Positions 37,239-46,343 of a stretch of 64,000 bases of DNA are shown here, piece after piece. How positions within the stretch are numbered: the first letter of the stretch is position 1; the number at the start of each line of letters is the position of its first letter. The position numbers were made by a program, and so were the translations under genes. Below the pieces are notes generated by a model that had not been told where the DNA came from, made no database searches, and saw only the letters and a program-made list of their open reading frames with translations. The stretch is from positions 62,001 to 126,000 of IMG/VR virus record IMGVR_UViG_3300035070_002626; one strand, written 5' to 3'.

Positions 37239-37801
37239 TATAATCTCCCGTTGATTGCATTCCAATTGATGATCTTCATCATATTGTTTATATACTTTTT
37301 CTTAGCGTCTTTGGCAGGCACATAATCCATAAACGAATGCTCCCACATGTCGATTGGTAATAGTATATCTGTTTTGTATGATTGGTTAGGCGTAGTTTTA
37401 ATCTTGCCATTCTTAGCAAGGTACACCCAGCCGCTGCCTTGAAGTGTCATTGCAACACGCAACATTTCTTTTTTAAAATTGTCGTAGTCTTCGTGGTGTG
37501 CGTCGATAAATTCTTTAATTGTCCCGGTAGGTCTGTTTGCGCCTTTGGGTGCTTGTAACTGTTGCCAAAATAAGTTGTGAAGTTTTGCTCCACCGTAATT
37601 AAATTTAGGATCGCCTTCGTTGTTGTTGTAACGATTTACATATCCTTTGGTCAACACATTGTAATGGTAGTCAACATTTTCTTTAGAAAGCACAGGAGCT
37701 AATGCACCACTGTCGTACGGCAGTGCATCGGCTGCTAATTTCTCTTCTTGTTTGTCTTCGGTTAGTTGAATGTATTTTCTAATTTCTTGTTGCATGTACA
37801 T
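37238..37801 (-). CDS. Fe/Mn superoxide dismutase
   Basis: DYHY, LHNLFW, GSGWVYL, DMWEH motifs (all four metal ligands present). Confidence 0.88.
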   Translation of the reverse strand: MYMQQEIRKYIQLTEDKQEEKLAADALPYDSGALAPVLSKENVDYHYNVLTKGYVNRYNNNEGDPKFNYGGAKLHNLFWQQLQAPKGANRPTGTIKEFIDAHHEDYDNFKKEMLRVAMTLQGSGWVYLAKNGKIKTTPNQSYKTDILLPIDMWEHSFMDYVPAKDAKKKYINNMMKIINWNAINGRL

Positions 37802-37817
37802 ATTTATTGATATTGTG

Positions 37818-38510
37818 TTATGAAGGCATGTTTGCTAGAGCCTGTCTATAAACATCAATCCATAAGTCGCATGCAGCATTATGAGCATCTTCAAGAGGAT
37901 GTAACCATGGTTGGGTAACTTCAAATTTATTGGTGTAACTCCAATCTAAGAAACTTTCACCTTCAAATGTTTGTAATGGTTCTTTGGTAAGGTCTTGCAG
38001 TGTACGAATATAGTCCGGTGCATGCCATTTTGTATCCCAAATTTCAGAGTCCATGTATGTTTGCACACTAGGTATGTTGTGTAATTTTAGAAATTGTTGA
38101 GTTGAATGAATAGTTTGCAGTGATCTAAACTTGTCCCATAGTGTGCTATGTCCTGGATACTTGTTGTAAAACTCGAGTATCTTTGTTGCTTCTTCGAGTC
38201 CTACTAATGGTGCTAGTTTACTAGGCACACACGATAAACCTAATGTGGTCCATTGTTCTTTCCCTGGAACATAAAAATCCCATCGAGCTCCCCACGTCCA
38301 GTTAATAACTGCCAGAGTGTTCTTTTTTGGGTTATTTGCAAAATATGTTAATATTTGCATCGAAATGTTTTCGTTGCCGCAGCCAGGTACACTGGTTGTT
38401 TCGTAACCTACTTCGAGTTTTTCTGCACATTGTGAAACCCAGCTATGACCTTCACGCTGTAATTCAGAACCATACACAAAGCTATCGCCGAATCCTACTA
38501 TTTTTTTCAT
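37818..38510 (-). CDS. SGNH/GDSL-like hydrolase (paralogue 2)
   Basis: GDSFVYG, GCGN, HPLEDAH. Confidence 0.75.
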   Translation of the reverse strand: MKKIVGFGDSFVYGSELQREGHSWVSQCAEKLEVGYETTSVPGCGNENISMQILTYFANNPKKNTLAVINWTWGARWDFYVPGKEQWTTLGLSCVPSKLAPLVGLEEATKILEFYNKYPGHSTLWDKFRSLQTIHSTQQFLKLHNIPSVQTYMDSEIWDTKWHAPDYIRTLQDLTKEPLQTFEGESFLDWSYTNKFEVTQPWLHPLEDAHNAACDLWIDVYRQALANMPS

Positions 38511-38536
38511 GTTTGTAATTTGTTGCATAGCAGTAT

Positions 38537-38749
38537 TTACTCTGATTGTTTCTGCACACTATTAATAATATCATCTAGTGCAGCAATAGTAACTATGTGG
38601 TGTAAAGTTTCTTCTCCCCATGTTTTGCAGTATTCTTTACCTGCTATGTCGGCAAGTTCTTTACTACTGTACACGCCGTGAAACCGATTGCAACCTTGTT
38701 TAATTTTGTTATATGTATGCACGATATACATGTTGGTTGTGGTATTCAT
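38537..38749 (-). CDS. Hypothetical protein
   Basis: GVYSSKELA motif; ATGA overlap. Confidence 0.6.
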   Translation of the reverse strand: MNTTTNMYIVHTYNKIKQGCNRFHGVYSSKELADIAGKEYCKTWGEETLHHIVTIAALDDIINSVQKQSE

Positions 38750-39024
38750 GTGGTTGTTGATATCTCTTGCAGCCGGTCCCATCGAAAGCTTCTCCAACCC
38801 GCAGCGTCAACATCCCATATTACGCAAACTTCTGGATTGACTTTGCGCACTGCCTTGGTACTAAGTGGATCTTCTTTGTTTGCTTTAGGAACAACGTTTT
38901 CATTTAATGTTGCATTCATCTTGCGAGTTGTGCCATCTGATTTAAGAAAGTTGATTTCTACAATTCCATCAACTAGTTGAGCTTTTACGCTGTCTTGTAC
39001 AGTTTGTTCTAAATACTTGGTCAT
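38746..39024 (-). CDS. SH3-like/WYL-like small protein (DUF2693-like)
   Basis: VEINFLKSDGTTRKMNATL...WDVDAAGWRSFR. Confidence 0.75.
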   Translation of the reverse strand: MTKYLEQTVQDSVKAQLVDGIVEINFLKSDGTTRKMNATLNENVVPKANKEDPLSTKAVRKVNPEVCVIWDVDAAGWRSFRWDRLQEISTTT

Positions 39025-39027
39025 ATT

Positions 39028-39411
39028 TTATCTCCTCATACTTGCAATATCTTTAGCATCTTCTTTTTTATCAGCAAAAATAGGTACCATATTACTTTTG
39101 TGCATAGTTGCAATACCTAACAGTTGGCGCTCGCCGCTGTATGTGTGACTTTCTTTGCGCACGCCATGCCCTGCAATTTTATCACTTGTCATACGTGGGC
39201 CGGTATCGTAGTCTGGCCGCTCATTAACACTCTTGCGTTTGCCATACTTGTCATACAGCTTTCCCTCAAGTTGTTCTTGGCTTACCCCCATCTTACGCAT
39301 AAACTTTTCGTGCTCAGCTTCTGCCTGAAGCAACTTTTGTGTTTTCTTTTTAGCTTTACGCTTCTTGTAGTTTGTTGTGGTCATATAAGGACCAACAAGT
39401 TGCATAGTCAT
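39028..39411 (-). CDS. Conserved hypothetical phage protein
   Basis: GIATMHKSNMVP motif; promoter TTGACA-17-TATACT at 39443..39471. Confidence 0.75.
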   Translation of the reverse strand: MTMQLVGPYMTTTNYKKRKAKKKTQKLLQAEAEHEKFMRKMGVSQEQLEGKLYDKYGKRKSVNERPDYDTGPRMTSDKIAGHGVRKESHTYSGERQLLGIATMHKSNMVPIFADKKEDAKDIASMRR

Positions 39412-39483
39412 TAAAAAACTCCTGCTTGGTTAACTTAAAACAAGTATAGCAGGAGTTTCAATGAATGTCAAGTATTTTTTATA

Positions 39484-39840
39484 TTATTTTACAAACTGTG
39501 CAAGTTCTGGAGCCTTCCATCCTTCTGGTTTTAATACTTTGCCGTCTTCACGTTTGCGTACTTTGCCTGTGACTGGATCAATCTTAGCAAAGTTTGTGTC
39601 CATTACTTCTTTCCAAGCCGCTTCGCCATCCCAGCCTGCGGCACGAATAGCACCCATAGTAACAACCAGAATGTCTACTAGTGCATCGAGTTGTTCTACT
39701 TTGTCTTGTGCTACTACAGCATCTAACAGTTCATCATATTCTTCGTCAATGAGACTAAGATACATTTTGTAGTTTTCTTCACTAGGTTCTTGATCACACG
39801 CTGTACCAAATTCATCAATGTCTTTGAATGGGTTTGTCAT
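39484..39840 (-). CDS. MazG-like NTP pyrophosphohydrolase
   Basis: LIDEEYDEL...DALVDILVV, KVLKPEGW; start may extend to 39897. Confidence 0.8.
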   Translation of the reverse strand: MTNPFKDIDEFGTACDQEPSEENYKMYLSLIDEEYDELLDAVVAQDKVEQLDALVDILVVTMGAIRAAGWDGEAAWKEVMDTNFAKIDPVTGKVRKREDGKVLKPEGWKAPELAQFVK

Positions 39841-39899
39841 TCTATATTCCTTAATTCTTCGTAACATATATTCATGATAACGTTCTTGCATTTTCAACT

Positions 39900-40061
39900 T
39901 TATACTCTATATTCTTGGTTTAATCTATAGTTACAATACGCACTCCATCCATATTCGTATGCAGCATATGCAACTATGAATCCAACATAAGGCAGAAACA
40001 GCACAGTCCATATCAAATCTGCAAACGCAAATGCTATAGCATAATCATACCAGCGTATCAT
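39900..40061 (-). CDS. Small membrane protein
   Basis: Manual translation [13 protein letters not shown]... Confidence 0.55.
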   Translation of the reverse strand: MIRWYDYAIAFAFADLIWTVLFLPYVGFIVAYAAYEYGWSAYCNYRLNQEYRV

Positions 40062-40378
40062 CGTATTAGTAGCTCAATCTTATTTGGAACGCCTTTCCAT
40101 TCAGCAGCGTCTGCTGGCGATTCTCCAACTTCGGTAATCTGATTGTCTTTCCATGCTTCTGCAAGTTCGGCATTTAAATTGATCCAGAATGGTGTGCTTT
40201 CGTCGTCGGCTACAATCGCATCAACTGGGCACTCAGGTACGCACACTGCACAATCAATGCACTCATCAGGATTAATTACCAGCATGTTTTCGCCTTCGTA
40301 AAAACAGTCTACTGGGCATACTGCTACACAATCTTGGTGTTTGCATTTGATACATTCTTCTTCTACAACATATGTCAT
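40058..40378 (-). CDS. fdxA: 7Fe (3Fe-4S/4Fe-4S) ferredoxin
   Basis: [21 protein letters not shown]...[12 protein letters not shown]. Confidence 0.92.
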   Translation of the reverse strand: MTYVVEEECIKCKHQDCVAVCPVDCFYEGENMLVINPDECIDCAVCVPECPVDAIVADDESTPFWINLNAELAEAWKDNQITEVGESPADAAEWKGVPNKIELLIR

Positions 40379-40617
40379 TTGTTTAGTAATTCCCAGGCTA
40401 GTTTTTTTTCGATTAACTGCTTTTCCAGCTTTATGTACTCACGCCGAATAGCAGCCAGTTCCGCACTTTCTTGTTCCAATGCTGGATTGGGCACAAGTAT
40501 AGCTAGTTTTTCGTTGATAGCAGCGAGTGTGTCGCTGAGGCTAACGCCATTAATTTCGATGTCTGCATGATCGCCGGTTAGTGAAAGTCTACCGTCAATC
40601 CCTGTTTGATTCATCAT
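40375..40617 (-). CDS. Hypothetical protein
   Basis: ORF track. Confidence 0.6.
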   Translation of the reverse strand: MMNQTGIDGRLSLTGDHADIEINGVSLSDTLAAINEKLAILVPNPALEQESAELAAIRREYIKLEKQLIEKKLAWELLNK

Positions 40618-40774
40618 TTTTTGTTAGTGTCCAGGCACCGTTGACTGTTTCGTTCCATTGTAGTGTATCGCCGACCTTCCAATCTTGTGATTCGAGTAGT
40701 GAATCAGGCAATTGCAGTAACAACTCATCTGGGTTGTTGGGGTCGGCGATAACAGAAAGTTCAACAGTTGGCAT
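40595..40774 (-). CDS. AbrB/MazE-like small protein
   Basis: LLLQLPDSLLESQDWKVGDTLQW pattern. Confidence 0.6.
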   Translation of the reverse strand: MPTVELSVIADPNNPDELLLQLPDSLLESQDWKVGDTLQWNETVNGAWTLTKNDESNRD

Positions 40775-40775
40775 A

Positions 40776-40952
40776 TTAAAGTGAATTTTTCTTTTCAATG
40801 ATTTCTTTGCGGCGCTCTTTGACTGCTCCACCAATTGCTTGTAGTGCAGCACGAGCTCGTGTTGCAGAGGCTTTTACACCCTTTTCTTCAAATTTAGCAT
40901 GTTCTAACAAGTATGTTTCAAATTGTTCAACAAGTGTATCATGGGCTGACAT
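40776..40952 (-). CDS. Histone H1-like (Hc1-family) small basic protein
   Basis: Manual translation MSAHDTLVEQF...KFEEKGVKASATRARAAL...RRKEI; TAGGAG RBS. Confidence 0.7.
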   Translation of the reverse strand: MSAHDTLVEQFETYLLEHAKFEEKGVKASATRARAALQAIGGAVKERRKEIIEKKNSL

Positions 40953-40968
40953 AAATTTTATCTCCTAA

Positions 40969-41238
40969 TTAATGTACGGTAGCTGAAGCAGGCACAAAGC
41001 TTTCTAACTCTGTTTCCATTTCTTCTAATTGTTCGTAAAAGTTATCTGGTAACTCTATTGCTTCTTCGTCATGTTCGCAAGCCACATCATTGGGTACTCC
41101 CAGCATTCTCATGAGCCCACCAATGTGTACTAGTTTCACACCGTTGTCAAACATTGCTGCACACAACGACAGTACCATTCCAGCAACTGCGTCATCTTTG
41201 CCAAATATCTCTTCGAGTTTATCGTAGCTTTTAAACAT
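40969..41238 (-). CDS. Hypothetical protein
   Basis: ORF track; late promoter 41247..41252. Confidence 0.7.
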   Translation of the reverse strand: MFKSYDKLEEIFGKDDAVAGMVLSLCAAMFDNGVKLVHIGGLMRMLGVPNDVACEHDEEAIELPDNFYEQLEEMETELESFVPASATVH

Positions 41239-41276
41239 TACAGTGATATTTAGCCACAGATTGTCCTAGTACGAAG

Positions 41277-41888
41277 TTATTCATTTTTTTTGTACCTTAC
41301 TACAGCTCTGTTTGTTCTGATATATACTTCACTTTCGATGGTATATTCTTTTCCTAAGAAATTGTTAATATCTGCTAGTGAGATCTCATGGTCGGTGTGT
41401 GTGTCTATCACCAAGTGAGTACAGTTAAGATTTTTGTATATTTCAAATTGATCGTCCACATAATGATTCACACTTAACAAAAATATTGTTTCAGCAGTTA
41501 GATCAAAATCTTCTGCTCTAGAGGTTGCACAATGAGTTTTGGTTGTTGTTGTTCTGCCAATTAGGTCACTAACATAATTTGCAATAGTAAAGTGTGATTT
41601 GTCTGGATCTATACATATCAACTCGCTTGGTTGCAGTTTAGCAAACCAAGGTATTTTAGTGCCGTATTCGCAGCCAATGTCTAGGACTTTTTTATTATTA
41701 ATAATGTCTTTGTTATCAACAAAAATAGTTTTGAACATCAATTCTAGTTCTTGAGGAAATTCCCAAGGTGTGTACACCGGTCGTTGGATATATTCTTCCC
41801 ACGGTAAGTTTGCAGGATCTATATCTTCAAAGTGTAGATGATTGATATACTCAAACATTCTTTTGTCGAGTTCAGACAGTGTTGTCAT
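41277..41888 (-). CDS. Class I SAM-dependent methyltransferase
   Basis: KVLDIGCEYG motif I, CIDPD. Confidence 0.75.
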   Translation of the reverse strand: MTTLSELDKRMFEYINHLHFEDIDPANLPWEEYIQRPVYTPWEFPQELELMFKTIFVDNKDIINNKKVLDIGCEYGTKIPWFAKLQPSELICIDPDKSHFTIANYVSDLIGRTTTTKTHCATSRAEDFDLTAETIFLLSVNHYVDDQFEIYKNLNCTHLVIDTHTDHEISLADINNFLGKEYTIESEVYIRTNRAVVRYKKNE

Positions 41889-42262
41889 TCCAATTCAAGC
41901 TCCGAAACATCAACGTCCATGAATCCAGTTTGTTGCAAAATCTCAATAGGAGATACATCTACTTTACGTGAACGAATTTCACTTAGTGAAAACTCTTTTT
42001 TGAATTCGCCTTTTTTGGCTTCCTTCATAATTTCATAAAGCTTGCTGGTAACAGCATAGCCGTCATCACCAGGCCAGTCGAGGCTTTCCAAATGCTTTAG
42101 TGCTTCAAGTTTAGTCATTGGCTCTGGCAGCTCAATCAAATTAATTGGATCACAGCCGTTTTTTAGAAGAATTTTATATCGGCTTACAAAATCATTGGCA
42201 AAGCGAACTTTAGTAATACCGTGCTGTGTTGCTGTACCAGCAACTGTGAATGTTTTTTCCAT
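41885..42262 (-). CDS. Conserved hypothetical phage protein
   Basis: ORF track; TKVRFAND motif. Confidence 0.7.
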   Translation of the reverse strand: MEKTFTVAGTATQHGITKVRFANDFVSRYKILLKNGCDPINLIELPEPMTKLEALKHLESLDWPGDDGYAVTSKLYEIMKEAKKGEFKKEFSLSEIRSRKVDVSPIEILQQTGFMDVDVSELELE

Positions 42263-42921
42263 TACATTGTTTCCTTGATCTTTACTCTATTTAAAATAGT
42301 TACGTTTTCCGCATGTTTTTTAACAGTGCCGCGGATTTCCACTGTAGTACCCGGTGTGTATTCTTTGCTGTTATAAAAGCTGGTTTTGTGTCCTTCTTTT
42401 GTAATAGCAACATACCGAAACTTTTCATACTGTTGGATATAGTAGCAGGATGCTACTGTGACTTGTGTGTCAACACGCATGCCAACTTCGCTAACATAGC
42501 CCCACACAGAATGTTGTGTTAATGACTCTTCTTGAACTTGGCGTTGATAACTTGCAATTTGGCTGTTAACAACACCAATTTTACTTCTGTCCTGTGGCAC
42601 AATAAACTCTTCCAAAGATATTGTACTAGCCAGCACACTTTCAAAGTCTGACAATCGACCAGACAATGCTTTCATTGCCAAGCGACTGGACAAGTATTGT
42701 TGTGCTTCTTTGCCTGTTTGGCGATCTTGCTCAGTAACAACACCATCAGCAAGAGCTTGTTTTGCAACATCTCGATTGGGTATTTTAACCACAATATGCG
42801 TATCATTTTCGTCAATTGCATATTGTGGCATTTTAATATAGCCGCCATTAACATTGGTTGCATGCACTGCGGCGCCCCATATGTCAGCTGCTGAATACGC
42901 CACTGGATCTGTTTTAGGCAT
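42262..42921 (-). CDS. Hypothetical protein with C-terminal OB-fold-like region
   Basis: ORF track, start trimmed to MPKTD; VEIRGTVKKH...TILNRVK. Confidence 0.65.
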   Translation of the reverse strand: MPKTDPVAYSAADIWGAAVHATNVNGGYIKMPQYAIDENDTHIVVKIPNRDVAKQALADGVVTEQDRQTGKEAQQYLSSRLAMKALSGRLSDFESVLASTISLEEFIVPQDRSKIGVVNSQIASYQRQVQEESLTQHSVWGYVSEVGMRVDTQVTVASCYYIQQYEKFRYVAITKEGHKTSFYNSKEYTPGTTVEIRGTVKKHAENVTILNRVKIKETM

Positions 42922-43273
42922 TTTCACGCTCCACGACTTTAAAGCCAAACACTGCACATTTGTAAACAACACCGTCTACAACAAAGCGGTCACCCATCAT
43001 GCTTGAACGTTGACCCATTCCATCTGGGCGTGTGTAAAGCACAGTAACGTCTTCGTTGTAGTCACCGTTTTCCAGACCGTCTTCGAAAGTTTTTTGTTTA
43101 ATACTCCAGGAGCCCAATACATTGTTTGTCCAACGATAAGCATACTCAAGGCAATCAGTTGTAGTACCAAATGCCGAAATTTCTTCCGGAACACTAACTA
43201 TTGCTACATCACGGAAGCCTTCTACATTACCTGTGTTACGATCTGTTTTTGCGTGTTGTACAAGAATTTGCAT
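42914..43273 (-). CDS. Early hypothetical protein (RSSMMGD motif)
   Basis: Start MQILV with AGGAG RBS; promoter 43299..43327. Confidence 0.7.
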   Translation of the reverse strand: MQILVQHAKTDRNTGNVEGFRDVAIVSVPEEISAFGTTTDCLEYAYRWTNNVLGSWSIKQKTFEDGLENGDYNEDVTVLYTRPDGMGQRSSMMGDRFVVDGVVYKCAVFGFKVVERENA

Positions 43274-43350
43274 GGTATTTCTCCTAACTGTTACATACAG
43301 TATAACCGAAATGTAATAAAAGGTCAACCTTTATTTTGCATATTTGAGAA

Positions 43351-43548
43351 TTAATTTAGTCCTAACGTAGCAATGTATATTTTTGCTTTTGTCAGCTCAT
43401 TAACTTGTTGTGTTACAGTGTGTGCCGCCGAACCAGTTGAACCAAACATAGTATCGTGTTGTATTGTTTGAACAGCATAGTATCCCAGTACTATGCTTAT
43501 GATTGTGATCATTACAAGACCAATAGTGTTATCTGTTGTATCGTGCAT
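43351..43548 (-). CDS. Early small membrane protein
   Basis: One TM helix; GGAG RBS; promoter 43596..43624. Confidence 0.65.
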   Translation of the reverse strand: MHDTTDNTIGLVMITIISIVLGYYAVQTIQHDTMFGSTGSAAHTVTQQVNELTKAKIYIATLGLN

Positions 43549-43639
43549 TATATTTCTCCGATGATAAGGCAGTGGATTGCCGTTCTAGTATATACAGTAT
43601 AGCCGATCTTGATAAAAAGGTCAACCTAAATCGTATCAA

Positions 43640-43819
43640 TTAATCAAAAAAGTTTCCTTCAATCCAGCAGAATTTCGTTGGGCCATCACTCCAGGCGCCC
43701 TGTTTGTATTGCTTATTTCCCCATAGTAATTCACGATTTGCATCTTCCATTACAGACAGTGCAGTCTTGCCTTGTACTTTAAAAGTTTTACCATACGCTT
43801 CAAAAGTAAATGTTTGCAT
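43640..43819 (-). CDS. 59-aa hypothetical protein
   Basis: Manual translation MQTFTFEAYGK...; TAATG overlap. Confidence 0.6.
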   Translation of the reverse strand: MQTFTFEAYGKTFKVQGKTALSVMEDANRELLWGNKQYKQGAWSDGPTKFCWIEGNFFD

Positions 43820-44001
43820 TACACTGTCTCCTGCATGTTGCTTTCGATGCGGGCTTCATTTTTAATAAGATCTTCGATGATCATATCAAGTTCAACTTGG
43901 ATGTCTGACTTGGACATATCAAATGTGTTGGAGCGACGAAGCAACCCAGACAGTTTGTTTTTCATTGTAATTGTGTCTTGGATGTCATTTACGATAAGCA
44001 T
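43819..44001 (-). CDS. Early hypothetical protein
   Basis: ORF track; promoter 44026..44054. Confidence 0.7.
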   Translation of the reverse strand: MLIVNDIQDTITMKNKLSGLLRRSNTFDMSKSDIQVELDMIIEDLIKNEARIESNMQETV

Positions 44002-44076
44002 GTTTTTCTCCTAGCTGTTACATATAGTATAGCCTAAAACAATAAAAAGGTCAACCTGTATTTTGCATTAATCGTA

Positions 44077-44106
44077 AAAAAAAGCCACCCTAGGGCAGCT
44101 TTTTTA
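44077..44106. terminator. Intrinsic terminator hairpin
   Basis: A-tract/AGC..CCCTAGGG..GCT/T-tract just after the wHTH gene. Confidence 0.6.
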
Positions 44107-44130
44107 GTTGTAAATTTAAACTGTTAAAGT

Positions 44131-44409
44131 TTAGGCTGCGGCACGTGATGCAGCCGCAAGTGCTTTGTAACCAGCAGCAACAACAGCACGAGATGGGCGA
44201 CCCAAGCGATACTTGATTTTCACACGACCCTTAGTGTCTGTTGACTCGTTAGCATAGATAGCAAAGCCTTTCATGCGCAATGCTGATACAGTTGCACGAG
44301 CATTACCTACGCCGAAGCGTGCTGAAATTTGCTTGCCTGTGAGTTGCTCACCAGCCATAAGTGCATTAAGTACTTTATCTTGCTTTGTTGTGGTAGTTGT
44401 GGTTGTCAT
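44131..44409 (-). CDS. Winged-helix DNA-binding protein
   Basis: KVLNALMAGEQLTGKQISARFGVGNARATVSALR; promoter 44464..44492. Confidence 0.75.
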   Translation of the reverse strand: MTTTTTTTKQDKVLNALMAGEQLTGKQISARFGVGNARATVSALRMKGFAIYANESTDTKGRVKIKYRLGRPSRAVVAAGYKALAAASRAAA

Positions 44410-44522
44410 ATTAATTTGTCTCCAATTGTGATTTCGCTGTTAGTTTTCTAACAACATGCAAACAGTGTAGCATCAAACGACCAAGTTGTCAAACCCAACA
44501 TTGTCCGTTTTGATGATTTCGG

Positions 44523-45212
44523 TTAGAACAATAATTTAAAACCAAACTCGGTGGTAGTGTTTTGCGGTTCATACAATCCGTTGTTAACAGATGAATCGGC
44601 AATGTTCCAGTGCGTGGCAAACACACCATAGTTGTGATTGGGCAACCATTCTAATTCAACTCCATAGCCACTGTCTTGGGTATTAGTTGTTTGAGAATAG
44701 CCTGCTTGGGTTATGTAACTAGTTTGGTTACCACTGATTAGATAGTTAACTTGATATTTGAAATACCCACCACGGTTGTTGTATATTATATTGCCAAGCG
44801 GTGCGTATAGATACTGCGACCTTCTGTTGTATGTGAAGTGTCCAGTAGATGATTGTTTGCCGCCCCAACGATCATTTAGCTGCCGAAAGCCTAGCCCGAT
44901 ATAAAAAGAATTATATTTGTATGATATTTCGCCCGACAGACCTGTTGTGAGGTCATTTTTAGTTTTGCCAGTATTACTCGACGTATAGTCTGTTGTGCCG
45001 ACAAAATACTTTGCATTGCCAACAAATCCGTTTTGATATCGAGACTTGTAATCTTGATATCCAATGCCAGCAAATCCGTATGACGAAGCCTTGGACATTA
45101 AACCCGGCTCGGTATACTTGTAATCGTATAGTTCAACAAAGTACTGCGAAGTATCAGCCGCGGTACTCGGTGTGCCAAACGCTAGTGCAACGGCTGTTAA
45201 GTGCGATTTCAT
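44523..45212 (-). CDS. Outer-membrane beta-barrel protein
   Basis: N-terminal signal-like segment; alternating aromatic beta strands; C-terminal ...EFGFKLLF beta-signal. Confidence 0.7.
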   Translation of the reverse strand: MKSHLTAVALAFGTPSTAADTSQYFVELYDYKYTEPGLMSKASSYGFAGIGYQDYKSRYQNGFVGNAKYFVGTTDYTSSNTGKTKNDLTTGLSGEISYKYNSFYIGLGFRQLNDRWGGKQSSTGHFTYNRRSQYLYAPLGNIIYNNRGGYFKYQVNYLISGNQTSYITQAGYSQTTNTQDSGYGVELEWLPNHNYGVFATHWNIADSSVNNGLYEPQNTTTEFGFKLLF

Positions 45213-45676
45213 TTGCGTTTTTTCTCTCTATAAAACAAGTGGTCATCAATTTGCCCAACAAAGTTAAAGTCTGGGCGCCAGTTTGGTTTGACATTCTTGG
45301 CATGATACCACATGGACCCATCTGTGCCATCGTATCCTTGCTGGTGTAATACCAATGCTTCTGATGCCAACACTTGTGCAGCTTCCCATGCTTCTTGATC
45401 TTTAGGAGCATCACTAAGTCCATCGCAATACCAACTAAACTGGCACATATGGCGTTTCATTGATCCGTCTTTGTTTTTTACACCTTGGTACACCACGCCG
45501 CAAATTGTATCTGGAAAACGCTTGCTGTTGACACGATTAAACACCACATGTGATACTGCTACTTTTCCTGCCACGCTTTGGTTACGTGCTTCAAAGTAAA
45601 TATTCTTGGCAAGACACTCGTGCTCTGCTGGGCTGCTAAAGGCTACTGTTAAACTTATGATTGCTTCTGCTAACAT
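45209..45676 (-). CDS. SleB-like cell wall hydrolase (Hydrolase_2)
   Basis: CLAKNIYFEARNQ, VVFNRV, CQFSWYCDG, HLFY. Confidence 0.9.
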   Translation of the reverse strand: MLAEAIISLTVAFSSPAEHECLAKNIYFEARNQSVAGKVAVSHVVFNRVNSKRFPDTICGVVYQGVKNKDGSMKRHMCQFSWYCDGLSDAPKDQEAWEAAQVLASEALVLHQQGYDGTDGSMWYHAKNVKPNWRPDFNFVGQIDDHLFYREKKRK

Positions 45677-45797
45677 TGTTTGCTCCTGTTTTTTATTCTC
45701 TTTGTAGTTATACTATAACCGAAACTAAAGAAAAGGTCAACCTCTAAATGCCAAAAAGTTTATTTTTCTTGAGTATATTTTACAGATAATTAAATGT

Positions 45798-46343
45798 ATG
45801 ACAACATCTTTACCCAAGTATGAGTTTTTCACAGGTGTGCCCGGCAGTCGCTGGAGTGGAATAGCACAAGAAATCAAACTAAATCCAGAATACAACACAT
45901 CAGACAGGGCACCACATCGTGTGTACACACATGGTGACTTTTCTGGACACAAGGATGCATACTTTGGCACGGGCATGGAATTCAATACCGACTTAGATGA
46001 GTATAACTTGGATGCACCATTTTCAAAAGCCGGCGGCATTAAGTTATTAATGAGCCACGAATGGCCTTATTATTTCGACGAGATTGTTGAACGCTACCCG
46101 GATGCTTGGATAACACTTGTGTATCGGCCAGGTCCTGCTAGCATGCAATGGTGGTTACAAGCCGGCGGATTTGATATCACATACCCAAACTATGATTGGT
46201 ACCAAAATGAATCAACTATGGCTGTTCAGATTCATCAACAGAACAAATTAATACTTGACTTTGCTCGCCAACATAAGTTACAATGGGCACAACATAAAAA
46301 ACACAGCGACATCCTCATGACCACGCTAAAAGGCATTCAATGA
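45798..46343 (+). CDS. Hypothetical protein with P-loop/sulfotransferase-like N-terminal motif
   Basis: FFTGVPGSRWSG resembles a phosphate-binding loop; tentative. Confidence 0.55.
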   Translation: MTTSLPKYEFFTGVPGSRWSGIAQEIKLNPEYNTSDRAPHRVYTHGDFSGHKDAYFGTGMEFNTDLDEYNLDAPFSKAGGIKLLMSHEWPYYFDEIVERYPDAWITLVYRPGPASMQWWLQAGGFDITYPNYDWYQNESTMAVQIHQQNKLILDFARQHKLQWAQHKKHSDILMTTLKGIQ

